The position numbers and the translations under genes were made by a program. 64,000 bases of DNA, from assembly GCA_964016885.1 (NCBI GenBank), contig OZ024758.1, positions 35,836,001-35,900,000 of the forward strand, in the 5' to 3' direction. The notes beneath the pieces were generated by a model. It searched no databases. It had not been told where the DNA came from and worked only from the letters and a program-made list of their open reading frames with translations. Positions 12,001 to 26,200 of the stretch are shown one piece after another (the first letter of the stretch is position 1; each line of letters starts with the position of its first letter). This DNA is from Eledone cirrhosa. Taxonomy: Eukaryota.

Positions 12001-14220
12001 TAGCTGTTAGAAGTAACTCCAATGTTGGTGAGAATTCATTTAAGTTCATGGTATTAGCTGTCAGAAGTAACTCCACTGTTGGTGAGAATTCATTTAAGTC
12101 ATGGTATTAGCTGTCAGAAGTAACTCCACTGTTGGTGAGAATTCATTTAAGTTCATGGTACTAGCTGTCAGAAGTAACTCCACTGTTGGTGAGAATTCAT
12201 TTAAGTTCATGCTAATAGCTGTCAGAAGTAACTCCACTGTTGGTGAGAATTCATTTAAGTCATGGTATTAGCTGTCAGAAGTAACTCCAATGTTGGTGAG
12301 AATTCATTTAAGTCATGGTACTAGCTGTCAGAAGTAACTCCAATGTTGGTGAGAATTCATTTAAGTTCATGGTATTAGCTGTCAGAAGTAACTCCACTGT
12401 TGGTGAGAATTCATTTAAGTTCATGGTATTAGCTGTCAGAAGTAACTCCACTGTTGGTGAGAATTCATTTAAGTTCATGGTACTAGCTGTCAGAAGTAAC
12501 TCCAATGTTGGTGAGAATTCATTTAAGTTCATGGTATTAGCTGTCAGAAGGAACTCCACTGTTGCTGAGAATTCATTTAAGTTCATGGTATTAGCTGTCA
12601 GAAGTAACTCCACTGTTGGTGAGAATTCATTTAAGTTCATGGTACTAGCTGTCAGAAGTAACTCCACTGTTGGTGAGAATTCATTTAAGTTCATGGTATT
12701 AGCTGTCAGAAGTAACTCCACTGTTGGTGAGAATTCATTTAAGTTCATGGTATTAGCTGACAGAAGTCACTCCACTGTTGGTGAGAATTCATTTAAGTTC
12801 ATGGTACTAGCTGTCAGAAGTAACTCCAATGTTGGTGAGAATTCATTTAAGTTCATGGTATTAGCTGTCAGAAGTAACTCCACTGTTGGTGAGAATTCAT
12901 TTAAGTTCATGGTATTAGCTGTCAGAAGTAACTCCACTGTTGGTGAGAATTCATTTAAGTTCATGGTATTAGCTGTCAGAAGTAACTCCACTGTTGGTGA
13001 GAATTCATTTAAGTTCATGGTACTAGCTGTCAGAAGTAACTCCAATGTTGGTGAGAATTCATTTAAGTTCATGGTACTAGCTGTCAGAAGTAACTCCACT
13101 GTTGGTGAGAATTCATTTAAGTTCATGGTATTAGTTTGTCAGAAGTAACTCCACTGTTGGTGAGAATTCATTTAAGTCATGGTATTAGTTGTCAGAAGTA
13201 ACTCCAATGTTGGTGAGAATTCATTTAAGTTCATGGTATTAGCTGTCAGAAGGAACTCCACTGTTGGTGAGAATTCATTTAAGTTCATGGTATTAGCTGT
13301 CAGAAGGAACTCCAATGTTGGTGAGAATTCATTTAAGTTCATGGTATTAGCTGTCAGAAGTAACTCCACTGTTGGTGAGAATTCATTTAAGTTCATGGTA
13401 CTAGCTGTCAGAAGTAACTCCAATGTTGGTGAGAATTCATTTAAGTTCATGGTATTAGCTGTCAGAAGGAACTCCACTGTTGGTGAGAATTCATTTAAGT
13501 TCATGGTATTAGCTGTCAGAAGTAACTCCACTGTTGGTGAGAATTCATTTAAGTCATGGTATTAGCTGTCAGAAGTAACTCCATTGTTGGTGAGAATTCA
13601 TTTAAGTCATGGTACTAGCTGTCAGAAGTAACTCCAATGTTGGTGAGAATTCATTTAAGTCATGGTACTAGCTGTCAGAAGTAACTCCAATGTTGGTGAG
13701 AATTCATTTAAGTTCATGGTATTAGCTGTCAGAAGGAACTCCACTGTTGGTGAGAATTCATTTAAGTTCATGGTATTAGCTGTCAGAAGTAACTCCACTG
13801 TTGGTGAGAATTCATTTAGTTCATGGTATTAGCTGTCAGAAGTAACTCCACTGTTGGTGAGAATTCATTTATGTTCATGGTACTAGCTGTCAGAAGTAAC
13901 TCCAATGTTGGTGAGAATTCATTTAAGTTCATGGTATTAGCTGTCAGAAGTAACTCCACTGTTGGTGAGAATTCAGTTAAGTCATTGTATTAGCTGTCAG
14001 AAGTAACTCCAATGTTGGTGAGAATTCATTTAGGTTCATGGTATTAGCTGTCAGAAGTAACTCCACTGTTGGTGAGAATTCATTTAAGTTCATGGTATTA
14101 GCTGTCAGAAGTAACTCCACTGTTGGTGAGAATTCATTTAAGTTCATGGTACTAGCTGTCAGAAGTAACTCCACTGTTGGTGAGAATTCATTTAAGTTCA
14201 TGGTATTAGTTTGTCAGAAG
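1..14220. repeat. Satellite sub-domain I (higher-order period ~5.65-5.8 kb with an internal ~3.6-3.8 kb duplication)
   Basis: Variants I saw only here: TAGCAGTC (~1671, 7321, 10924), TTCATGTAAG (~1813, 7463, 11066), GGGGAGAA (~2020, 7670, 11273), GAACTAAC (~280, 6090, 9693), TTTAGTTC A-deletion (~4454, 8219, 13815). ORF-track offsets: 5810 (310/6120), 5650 (1926/7576), 3765 (4616/8381), 3603 (6120/9723), 9253 (2302/11555), 9361 (3811/13172). Confidence 0.85.
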
Positions 14221-17200
14221 TAACTCCACTGTTGGTGAGAATTCATTTAAGTCATGGTATTAGTTGTCAGAAGTAACTCCAATGTTGGTGAGAATTCATT
14301 TAAGTTCATGGTACTAGCTGTCAGAAGTAAATCCACTGTTGGTGAGAATTCATTTAAGTTCATGGTATTAGCTGTCAGAAGTAACTCCACTGTTGGTGAG
14401 AATTCATTTAAGTCATGGTATTAGCTGTCAGAAGTAACTCCAATGTTGGTGAGAATTCATTTAAGTCATGGTACTAGCTGTCAGAAGTAACTCCAATGTT
14501 GGTGAAAATTCATTTAAGTTCATTGTATTAGCTGTCAGAAGTAACTCCACTGTTGGTGAGAATTCGTTTAAGTTCATGGTATTAGCTGTCAGAAGTAACT
14601 CCACTGTTGGTGAGAATTCATTTAAGTTCATGGTATTAGCTGTCAGAAGTAACTCCACTGTTGGTGAGAATTCATTTAAGTTCATGGTATTAGCTGTCAG
14701 AAGTAACTCCACTGTTGGTGAGAATTCATTTAAGTTCATGGTATTAGCTGTCAGAAGGAACTCCAATGTTGGTGAGAATTCATTTAAGTCATGGTACTAG
14801 CTGTCAGAAGTAACTCCACTGTTGGTGAGAATTCATTTAAGTTCATGGTATTAGCTGTCAGAAGGAACGCCACTGTTGGTGAGAATTCATTTAAGTTCAT
14901 GGTATTAGCTGTCAGAAGTAACTCCACTGTTGGTGAGAATTCATTTAAGTTCATGGTACTAGCTGTCAGAAGTAACTCCAATGTTGGTGAGAATTCATTT
15001 AAGTTCATGGTATTAGCTGTCAGAAGGAACTCCACTGTTGCTGAGAATTCATTTAAGTTCATGGTATTAGCTGTCAGAAGTAACTCCACTGTTGGTGAGA
15101 ATTCATTTAAGTTCATGGTACTAGCTGTCAGAAGTAACTCCACTGTTGGTGAGAATTCATTTAAGTTCATGGTATTAGCTGTCAGAAGTCACTCCAATGT
15201 TGGTGAGAATTCATTTAGGTTCATGGTATTAGCTGTCAGAAGTCACTCCACTGTTGGTGAGAATTCATTTAAGTTCATGGTACTAGCTGGCAGAAGTAAC
15301 CCCAATGTTGGTGAGAATTCATTTAAGTTCATGGTATTAGCTGTCAGAAGTCACTCCAATGTTGGTGAGAATGCATTTAAGTTCATGGTATTAGCTGTCA
15401 GAAGTAACTCCACTGTTGGTGAGAATTCATTTAAGTTCATGGTATTAGCTGTCAGAAGTAACTCCACTGTTGGTGAGAATTCATTTAAGTTCATGGTACT
15501 AGCTGTCAGAAGTAACTCCACTGTTGGTGAGAATTCATTTAAGTTCATGGTATTAGTTTGTCAGAAGTAACTCCACTGTTGGTGAGAATTCATTTAAGTC
15601 ATGGTATTAGTTGTCAGAAGTAACTCCAATGTTGGTGAGAATTCATTTAAGTTCATGGTACTAGCTGTCAGAAGTAAATCCACTGTTGGTGAGAATTCAT
15701 TTAAGTTCATGGTATTAGCTGTCAGAAGTAACTCCACTGTTGGTGAGAATTCATTTAAGTCATGGTATTAGCTGTCAGAAGTAACTCCAATGTTGGTGAG
15801 AATTCATTTAAGTCATGGTACTAGCTGTCAGAAGTAACTCCAATGTTGGTGAGAATTCATTTAAGTTCATTGTATTAGCTGTCAGAAGTAACTCCACTGT
15901 TGGTGAGAATTCGTTTAAGTTCATGGTATTAGCTGTCAGAAGTAACTCCACTGTTGGTGAGAATTCATTTAAGTTCATGGTATTAGCTGTCAGAAGTAAC
16001 TCCACTGTTGGTGAGAATTCATTTAAGTTCATGGTATTAGCTGTCAGAAGTAACTCCACTGTTGGTGAGAATTCATTTAAGTTCATGGTATTAGCTGTCA
16101 GAAGGAACTCCAATGTTGGTGAGAATTCATTTAAGTCATGGTACTAGCTGTCAGAAGTAACTCCACTGTTGGTGAGAATTCATTTAAGTTCATGGTATTA
16201 GCTGTCAGAAGGAACGCCACTGTTGGTGAGAATTCATTTAAGTTCATGGTATTAGCTGTCAGAAGTAACTCCACTGTTGGTGAGAATTCATTTAAGTTCA
16301 TGGTACTAGCTGTCAGAAGTAACTCCAATGTTGGTGAGAATTCATTTAAGTTCATGGTATTAGCTGTCAGAAGGAACTCCACTGTTGCTGAGAATTCATT
16401 TAAGTTCATGGTATTAGCTGTCAGAAGTAACTCCACTGTTGGTGAGAATTCATTTAAGTTCATGGTACTAGCTGTCAGAAGTAACTCCACTGTTGGTGAG
16501 AATTCATTTAAGTTCATGGTATTAGCTGTCAGAAGTCACTCCAATGTTGGTGAGAATTCATTTAGGTTCATGGTATTAGCTGTCAGAAGTCACTCCACTG
16601 TTGGTGAGAATTCATTTAAGTTCATGGTACTAGCTGGCAGAAGTAACCCCAATGTTGGTGAGAATTCATTTAAGTTCATGGTATTAGCTGTCAGAAGTCA
16701 CTCCAATGTTGGTGAGAATTCATTTAAGTTCATGGTATTAGCTGTCAGAAGTAACTCCACTGTTGGTGAGAATTCATTTATGTTCATGGTATTAGTTTGT
16801 CAGAAGTAACTCCACTGTTGGTGAGAATTCATTTAAGTCATGGTATTAGTTGTCAGAAGTAACTCCAATGTTGGTGAGAATTCATTTAAGTTCATGGTAT
16901 TAGCTGTCAGAAGGAACTCCACTGTTGGTGAGAATTCATTTAAGTTCATGGTATTAGCTGTCAGAAGGAACTCCAATGTTGGTGAGAATTCATTTAAGTC
17001 ATGGTACTAGCTGTCAGAAGTAACTCCACTGTTGGTGAGAATTCATTTACGTTCATGGTATTAGCTGTCAGAAGGAACGCCACTGTTGGTGAGAATTCAT
17101 TTAAGTTCATGGTATTAGCTGTCAGAAGTAACTCCACTGTTGGTGAGAATTCATTTAAGTTCATGGTACTAGCTGTCAGAAGTAACTCCAATGTTGGTGA

Positions 17201-20200
17201 GAATTCATTTAAGTTCATGGTATTAGCTGTCAGAAGGAACTCCACTGTTGGTGAGAATTCATTTAAGTTCATGGTATTAGCTGTCAGAAGTAACTCCACT
17301 GTTGGTGAGAATTCATTTAAGTCATGGTATTAGCTGTCAGAAGTAACTCCAATGTTGGTGAGAATTCATTTAAGTCATGGTACTAGCTGTCAGAAGTAAC
17401 TCCAATGTTGGTGAGAATTCATTTAAGTTCATTGTATTAGCTGTCAGAAGTAACTCCACTGTTGGTGAGAATTCGTTTAAGTTCATGGTATTAGCTGTCA
17501 GAAGTAACTCCACTGTTGGTGAGAATTCATTTAAGTTCATGGTATTAGCTGTCAGAAGTAACTCCACTGTTGGTGAGAATTCATTTAAGTTCATGGTATT
17601 AGCTGTCAGAAGTAACTCCACTGTTGGTGAGAATTCATTTAAGTTCATGGTATTAGCTGTCAGAAGGAACTCCAATGTTGGTGAGAATTCATTTAAGTCA
17701 TGGTACTAGCTGTCAGAAGTAACTCCACTGTTGGTGAGAATTCATTTAAGTTCATGGTATTAGCTGTCAGAAGGAACGCCACTGTTGGTGAGAATTCATT
17801 TAAGTTCATGGTATTAGCTGTCAGAAGTAACTCCACTGTTGGTGAGAATTCATTTAAGTTCATGGTACTAGCTGTCAGAAGTAACTCCAATGTTGGTGAG
17901 AATTCATTTAAGTTCATGGTATTAGCTGTCAGAAGGAACTCCACTGTTGCTGAGAATTCATTTAAGTTCATGGTATTAGCTGTCAGAAGTAACTCCACTG
18001 TTGGTGAGAATTCATTTAAGTTCATGGTACTAGCTGTCAGAAGTAACTCCACTGTTGGTGAGAATTCATTTAAGTTCATGGTATTAGCTGTCAGAAGTCA
18101 CTCCAATGTTGGTGAGAATTCATTTAGGTTCATGGTATTAGCTGTCAGAAGTCACTCCACTGTTGGTGAGAATTCATTTAAGTTCATGGTACTAGCTGGC
18201 AGAAGTAACCCCAATGTTGGTGAGAATTCATTTAAGTTCATGGTATTAGCTGTCAGAAGTCACTCCAATGTTGGTGAGAATGCATTTAAGTTCATGGTAT
18301 TAGCTGTCAGAAGTAACTCCACTGTTGGTGAGAATTCATTTAAGTTCATGGTATTAGCTGTCAGAAGTAACTCCACTGTTGGTGAGAATTCATTTAAGTT
18401 CATGGTACTAGCTGTCAGAAGTAACTCCACTGTTGGTGAGAATTCATTTAAGTTCATGGTATTAGTTTGTCAGAAGTAACTCCACTGTTGGTGAGAATTC
18501 ATTTAAGTCATGGTATTAGTTGTCAGAAGTAACTCCAATGTTGGTGAGAATTCATTTAAGTTCATGGTACTAGCTGTCAGAAGTAAATCCACTGTTGGTG
18601 AGAATTCATTTAAGTTCATGGTATTAGCTGTCAGAAGTAACTCCACTGTTGGTGAGAATTCATTTAAGTCATGGTATTAGCTGTCAGAAGTAACTCCAAT
18701 GTTGGTGAGAATTCATTTAAGTCATGGTACTAGCTGTCAGAAGTAACTCCAATGTTGGTGAGAATTCATTTAAGTTCATTGTATTAGCTGTCAGAAGTAA
18801 CTCCACTGTTGGTGAGAATTCGTTTAAGTTCATGGTATTAGCTGTCAGAAGTAACTCCACTGTTGGTGAGAATTCATTTAAGTTCATGGTATTAGCTGTC
18901 AGAAGTAACTCCACTGTTGGTGAGAATTCATTTAAGTTCATGGTATTAGCTGTCAGAAGTAACTCCACTGTTGGTGAGAATTCATTTAAGTTCATGGTAT
19001 TAGCTGTCAGAAGGAACTCCAATGTTGGTGAGAATTCATTTAAGTCATGGTACTAGCTGTCAGAAGTAACTCCACTGTTGGTGAGAATTCATTTAAGTTC
19101 ATGGTATTAGCTGTCAGAAGGAACGCCACTGTTGGTGAGAATTCATTTAAGTTCATGGTATTAGCTGTCAGAAGTAACTCCACTGTTGGTGAGAATTCAT
19201 TTAAGTTCATGGTACTAGCTGTCAGAAGTAACTCCAATGTTGGTGAGAATTCATTTAAGTTCATGGTATTAGCTGTCAGAAGGAACTCCACTGTTGCTGA
19301 GAATTCATTTAAGTTCATGGTATTAGCTGTCAGAAGTAACTCCACTGTTGGTGAGAATTCATTTAAGTTCATGGTACTAGCTGTCAGAAGTAACTCCACT
19401 GTTGGTGAGAATTCATTTAAGTTCATGGTATTAGCTGTCAGAAGTCACTCCAATGTTGGTGAGAATTCATTTAGGTTCATGGTATTAGCTGTCAGAAGTC
19501 ACTCCACTGTTGGTGAGAATTCATTTAAGTTCATGGTACTAGCTGGCAGAAGTAACCCCAATGTTGGTGAGAATTCATTTAAGTTCATGGTATTAGCTGT
19601 CAGAAGTCACTCCAATGTTGGTGAGAATTCATTTAAGTTCATGGTATTAGCTGTCAGAAGTAACTCCACTGTTGGTGAGAATTCATTTATGTTCATGGTA
19701 TTAGTTTGTCAGAAGTAACTCCACTGTTGGTGAGAATTCATTTAAGTCATGGTATTAGTTGTCAGAAGTAACTCCAATGTTGGTGAGAATTCATTTAAAT
19801 TCATGGTATTAGCTGTCAGAAGGAACTCCACTGTTGGTGAGAATTCATTTAAGTTCATGGTATTAGCTGTCAGAAGGAACTCCAATGTTGGTGAGAATTC
19901 ATTTAAGTCATGGTACTAGCTGTCAGAAGTAACTCCACTGTTGGTGAGAATTCATTTACGTTCATGGTATTAGCTGTCAGAAGGAACGCCACTGTTGGTG
20001 AGAATTCATTTAAGTTCATGGTATTAGCTGTCAGAAGTAACTCCACTGTTGGTGAGAATTCATTTAAGTTCATGGTACTAGCTGTCAGAAGTAACTCCAA
20101 TGTTGGTGAGAATTCATTTAAGTTCATGGTATTAGCTGTCAGAAGGAACTCCAATGTTGGTGAGAATTCATTTAAGTCATGGTACTAGCTGTCAGAAGTA

Positions 20201-23200
20201 ACTCCACTGTTGGTGAGAATTCATTTACGTTCATGGTATTAGCTGTCAGAAGGAACGCCACTGTTGGTGAGAATTCATTTAAGTTCATGGTATTAGCTGT
20301 CAGAAGTAACTCCACTGTTGGTGAGAATTCATTTAAGTTCATGGTACTAGCTGTCAGAAGTAACTCCAATGTTGGTGAGAATTCATTTAAGTTCATGGTA
20401 TTAGCTGTCAGAAGGAACTCCACTGTTGGTGAGAATTCATTTAAGTTCATGGTATTAGCTGTCAGAAGTAACTCCACTGTTGGTGAGAATTCATTTAAGT
20501 CATGGTACTAGCTGTCAGAAGTAACTCCAATGTTGGTGAGAATTCATTTAAGTTCATGTTATTAGCTGTCAGAAGGAACTCCACTGTTGGTGAGAATTCA
20601 TTTAAGTTCATGGTATTAGCTGTCAGAAGTAACTCCACTGTTGGTGAGAATTCATTTAAGTTCATGGTATTAGCTGTCAGAAGTAACTGCACCGTTGGTG
20701 AGAATTCATTTAAGTTCATGGTACTAGCTGTCAGAAGTAACTCCAATGTTGGTGAGAATTCATTTAAGTTCATGGTATTAGCTGTCAGAAGTAACTCCAC
20801 TGTTGGTGAGAATTCATTTAAGTTCATGGTATTAGCTGTCAGAAGTAACTCCACTGTTGGTGAGAATTCATTTAAGTTCATGGTATTAGCTGTCAGAAGT
20901 AACTCCACTGTTGGTGAGAATTCATTTAAGTTCATGGTACTAGCTGTCAGAAGTAACTCCAATGTTGGTGAGAATTCATTTAAGTTCATGGTATTAGCTG
21001 TCAGAAGTAACTCCACTGTTGGTGAGAATTCATTTAAGTCATGGTATTAGCTGTCAGAAGTAACTCCACTGTTGGTGAGAATTCATTTAAGTTCATGGTA
21101 TTAGCTGTCAGAAGTAACTCCGCTGTTGGTGAGAATTCATTTAAGTTCATGGTACTAGCTGTCAGAAGTAACTCCAATGTTGGTGAGAATTCATTTAAGT
21201 TCATGGTATTAGCTGTCAGAAGTAACTCCACTGTTGGTGAGAATTCATTTAAGTCATGGTATTAGCTGTCAGAAGTAACTCCACTGTTGGTGAGAATTCA
21301 TTTAAGTTCATGGTATTAGCTGTCAGAAGTAACTCCGCTGTTGGTGAGAATTCATTTAAGTTCATGGTACTAGCTGTCAGAAGTAACTCCAATGTTGGTG
21401 AGAATTCATTTAAGTTCATGGTATTAGCTGTCAGAAGTAACTCCACTGTTGCTGAGAATTCATTTAAGTTCATGGTATTAGCTGTCAGAAGTAACTCCAC
21501 TGTTGGTGAGAATTCATTTAAGTTCATGGTACTAGCTGTCAGAAGTAACTCCACTGTTGGTGAGAATTCATTTAAGTTCATGGTATTAGCTGTCAGAAGT
21601 CACTCCAATGTTGGTGAGAATTCATTTAGGTTCATGGTATTAGCTGTCAGAAGTCACTCCACTGTTGGTGAGAATTCATTTAAGTTCATGGTACTAGCTG
21701 GCAGAAGTAACCCCAATGTTGGTGAGAATTCATTTAAGTTCATGGTATTAGCTGTCAGAAGTCACTCCAATGTTGGTGAGAATTCATTTAAGTTCATGGT
21801 ATTAGCTGTCAGAAGTAACTCCACTGTTGGTGAGAATTCATTTAAGTTCATGGTATTAGCTGTCAGAAGTAACTCCACTGTTGGTGAGAATTCATTTAAG
21901 TTCATGGTACTAGCTGTCAGAAGTAACGCCACTGTTGGTGAGAATTCATTTAAGTTCATGGTATTAGTTTGTCAGAAGTAACTCCACTGTTGGTGAGAAT
22001 TCATTTAAGTCATGGTATTAGTTGTCAGAAGTAACTCCAATGTTGGTGAGAATTCATTTAAGTTCATGGTATTAGCTGTCAGAAGGAACTCCACTGTTGG
22101 TGAGAATTCATTTAAGTTCATGGTATTAGCTGTCAGAAGGAACTCCAATGTTGGTGAGAATTCATTTAAGTCATGGTACTAGCTGTCAGAAGTAACTCCA
22201 CTGTTGGTGAGAATTCATTTACGTTCATGGTATTAGCTGTCAGAAGGAACGCCACTGTTGGTGAGAATTCATTTAAGTTCATGGTATTAGCTGTCAGAAG
22301 TAACTCCACTGTTGGTGAGAATTCATTTAAGTTCATGGTACTAGCTGTCAGAAGTAACTCCAATGTTGGTGAGAATTCATTTAAGTTCATGGTATTAGCT
22401 GTCAGAAGGAACTCCACTGTTGGTGAGAATTCATTTAAGTTCATGGTATTAGCTGTCAGAAGTAACTCCACTGTTGGTGAGAATTCATTTAAGTCATGGT
22501 ATTAGCTGTCAGAAGTAACTCCAATGTTGGTGAGAATTCATTTAAGTCATGGTACTAGCTGTCAGAAGTAACTCCAATGTTGGTGAGAATTCATTTAAGT
22601 TCATTGTATTAGCTGTCAGAAGTAACTCCACTGTTGGTGAGAATTCGTTTAAGTTCATGGTATTAGCTGTCAGAAGTAACTCCACTGTTGGTGAGAATTC
22701 ATTTAAGTTCATGGTATTAGCTGTCAGAAGTAACTCCACTGTTGGTGAGAATTCATTTAAGTTCATGGTATTAGCTGTCAGAAGTAACTCCACTGTTGGT
22801 GAGAATTCATTTAAGTTCATGGTATTAGCTGTCAGAAGGAACTCCAATGTTGGTGAGAATTCATTTAAGTCATGGTACTAGCTGTCAGAAGTAACTCCAC
22901 TGTTGGTGAGAATTCATTTAAGTTCATGGTATTAGCTGTCAGAAGGAACGCCACTGTTGGTGAGAATTCATTTAAGTTCATGGTATTAGCTGTCAGAAGT
23001 AACTCCACTGTTGGTGAGAATTCATTTAAGTTCATGGTACTAGCTGTCAGAAGTAACTCCAATGTTGGTGAGAATTCATTTAAGTTCATGGTATTAGCTG
23101 TCAGAAGGAACTCCACTGTTGCTGAGAATTCATTTAAGTTCATGGTATTAGCTGTCAGAAGTAACTCCACTGTTGGTGAGAATTCATTTAAGTTCATGGT

Positions 23201-26200
23201 ACTAGCTGTCAGAAGTAACTCCACTGTTGGTGAGAATTCATTTAAGTTCATGGTATTAGCTGTCAGAAGTCACTCCAATGTTGGTGAGAATTCATTTAGG
23301 TTCATGGTATTAGCTGTCAGAAGTCACTCCACTGTTGGTGAGAATTCATTTAAGTTCATGGTACTAGCTGGCAGAAGTAACCCCAATGTTGGTGAGAATT
23401 CATTTAAGTTCATGGTATTAGCTGTCAGAAGTCACTCCAATGTTGGTGAGAATGCATTTAAGTTCATGGTATTAGCTGTCAGAAGTAACTCCACTGTTGG
23501 TGAGAATTCATTTAAGTTCATGGTATTAGCTGTCAGAAGTAACTCCACTGTTGGTGAGAATTCATTTAAGTTCATGGTACTAGCTGTCAGAAGTAACTCC
23601 ACTGTTGGTGAGAATTCATTTAAGTTCATGGTATTAGTTTGTCAGAAGTAACTCCACTGTTGGTGAGAATTCATTTAAGTCATGGTATTAGTTGTCAGAA
23701 GTAACTCCAATGTTGGTGAGAATTCATTTAAGTTCATGGTACTAGCTGTCAGAAGTAAATCCACTGTTGGTGAGAATTCATTTAAGTTCATGGTATTAGC
23801 TGTCAGAAGTAACTCCACTGTTGGTGAGAATTCATTTAAGTCATGGTATTAGCTGTCAGAAGTAACTCCAATGTTGGTGAGAATTCATTTAAGTCATGGT
23901 ACTAGCTGTCAGAAGTAACTCCAATGTTGGTGAGAATTCATTTAAGTTCATTGTATTAGCTGTCAGAAGTAACTCCACTGTTGGTGAGAATTCGTTTAAG
24001 TTCATGGTATTAGCTGTCAGAAGTAACTCCACTGTTGGTGAGAATTCATTTAAGTTCATGGTATTAGCTGTCAGAAGTAACTCCACTGTTGGTGAGAATT
24101 CATTTAAGTTCATGGTATTAGCTGTCAGAAGTAACTCCACTGTTGGTGAGAATTCATTTAAGTTCATGGTATTAGCTGTCAGAAGGAACTCCAATGTTGG
24201 TGAGAATTCATTTAAGTCATGGTACTAGCTGTCAGAAGTAACTCCACTGTTGGTGAGAATTCATTTAAGTTCATGGTATTAGCTGTCAGAAGGAACGCCA
24301 CTGTTGGTGAGAATTCATTTAAGTTCATGGTATTAGCTGTCAGAAGTAACTCCACTGTTGGTGAGAATTCATTTAAGTTCATGGTACTAGCTGTCAGAAG
24401 TAACTCCAATGTTGGTGAGAATTCATTTAAGTTCATGGTATTAGCTGTCAGAAGGAACTCCACTGTTGCTGAGAATTCATTTAAGTTCATGGTATTAGCT
24501 GTCAGAAGTAACTCCACTGTTGGTGAGAATTCATTTAAGTTCATGGTACTAGCTGTCAGAAGTAACTCCACTGTTGGTGAGAATTCATTTAAGTTCATGG
24601 TATTAGCTGTCAGAAGTCACTCCAATGTTGGTGAGAATTCATTTAGGTTCATGGTATTAGCTGTCAGAAGTCACTCCACTGTTGGTGAGAATTCATTTAA
24701 GTTCATGGTACTAGCTGGCAGAAGTAACCCCAATGTTGGTGAGAATTCATTTAAGTTCATGGTATTAGCTGTCAGAAGTCACTCCAATGTTGGTGAGAAT
24801 TCATTTAAGTTCATGGTATTAGCTGTCAGAAGTAACTCCACTGTTGGTGAGAATTCATTTATGTTCATGGTATTAGTTTGTCAGAAGTAACTCCACTGTT
24901 GGTGAGAATTCATTTAAGTCATGGTATTAGTTGTCAGAAGTAACTCCAATGTTGGTGAGAATTCATTTAAATTCATGGTATTAGCTGTCAGAAGGAACTC
25001 CACTGTTGGTGAGAATTCATTTAAGTTCATGGTATTAGCTGTCAGAAGGAACTCCAATGTTGGTGAGAATTCATTTAAGTCATGGTACTAGCTGTCAGAA
25101 GTAACTCCACTGTTGGTGAGAATTCATTTACGTTCATGGTATTAGCTGTCAGAAGGAACGCCACTGTTGGTGAGAATTCATTTAAGTTCATGGTATTAGC
25201 TGTCAGAAGTAACTCCACTGTTGGTGAGAATTCATTTAAGTTCATGGTACTAGCTGTCAGAAGTAACTCCAATGTTGGTGAGAATTCATTTAAGTTCATG
25301 GTATTAGCTGTCAGAAGGAACTCCACTGTTGGTGAGAATTCATTTAAGTTCATGGTATTAGCTGTCAGAAGTAACTCCACTGTTGGTGAGAATTCATTTA
25401 AGTCATGGTATTAGCTGTCAGAAGTAACTCCATTGTTGGTGAGAATTCAATTAAGTCATGGTACTAGCTGTCAGAAGTAACTCCAATGTTGGTGAGAATT
25501 CATTTAAGTTCATGTTATTAGCTGTCAGAAGGAACTCCACTGTTGGTGAGAATTCATTTAAGTTCATGGTATTAGCTGTCAGAAGTAACTCCACTGTTGG
25601 TGAGAATTCATTTAAGTTCATGGTATTAGCTGTCAGAAGTAACTGCACCGTTGGTGATAATTCATTTAAGTTCATGGTACTAGCTGTCAGAAGTAACTCC
25701 AATGTTGGTGAGAATTCATTTAAGTTCATGGTATTAGCTGTCAGAAGTAACTCCACTGTTGGTGAGAATTCATTTAAGTTCATGGTATTAGCTGTCAGAA
25801 GTAACTCCACTGTTGGTGAGAATTCATTTAAGTTCATGGTATTAGCTGTCAGAAGTAACTCCACTGTTGGTGAGAATTCATTTAAGTTCATGGTACTAGC
25901 TGTCAGAAGTAACTCCAATGTTGGTGAGAATTCATTTAAGTTCATGGTATTAGCTGTCAGAAGTAACTCCACTGTTGGTGAGAATTCATTTAAGTCATGG
26001 TATTAGCTGTCAGAAGTAACTCCACTGTTGGTGAGAATTCATTTAAGTTCATGGTATTAGCTGTCAGAAGTAACTCCGCTGTTGGTGAGAATTCATTTAA
26101 GTTCATGGTACTAGCTGTCAGAAGTAACTCCAATGTTGGTGAGAATTCATTTAAGTTCATGGTATTAGCTGTCAGAAGTAACTCCACTGTTGGTGAGAAT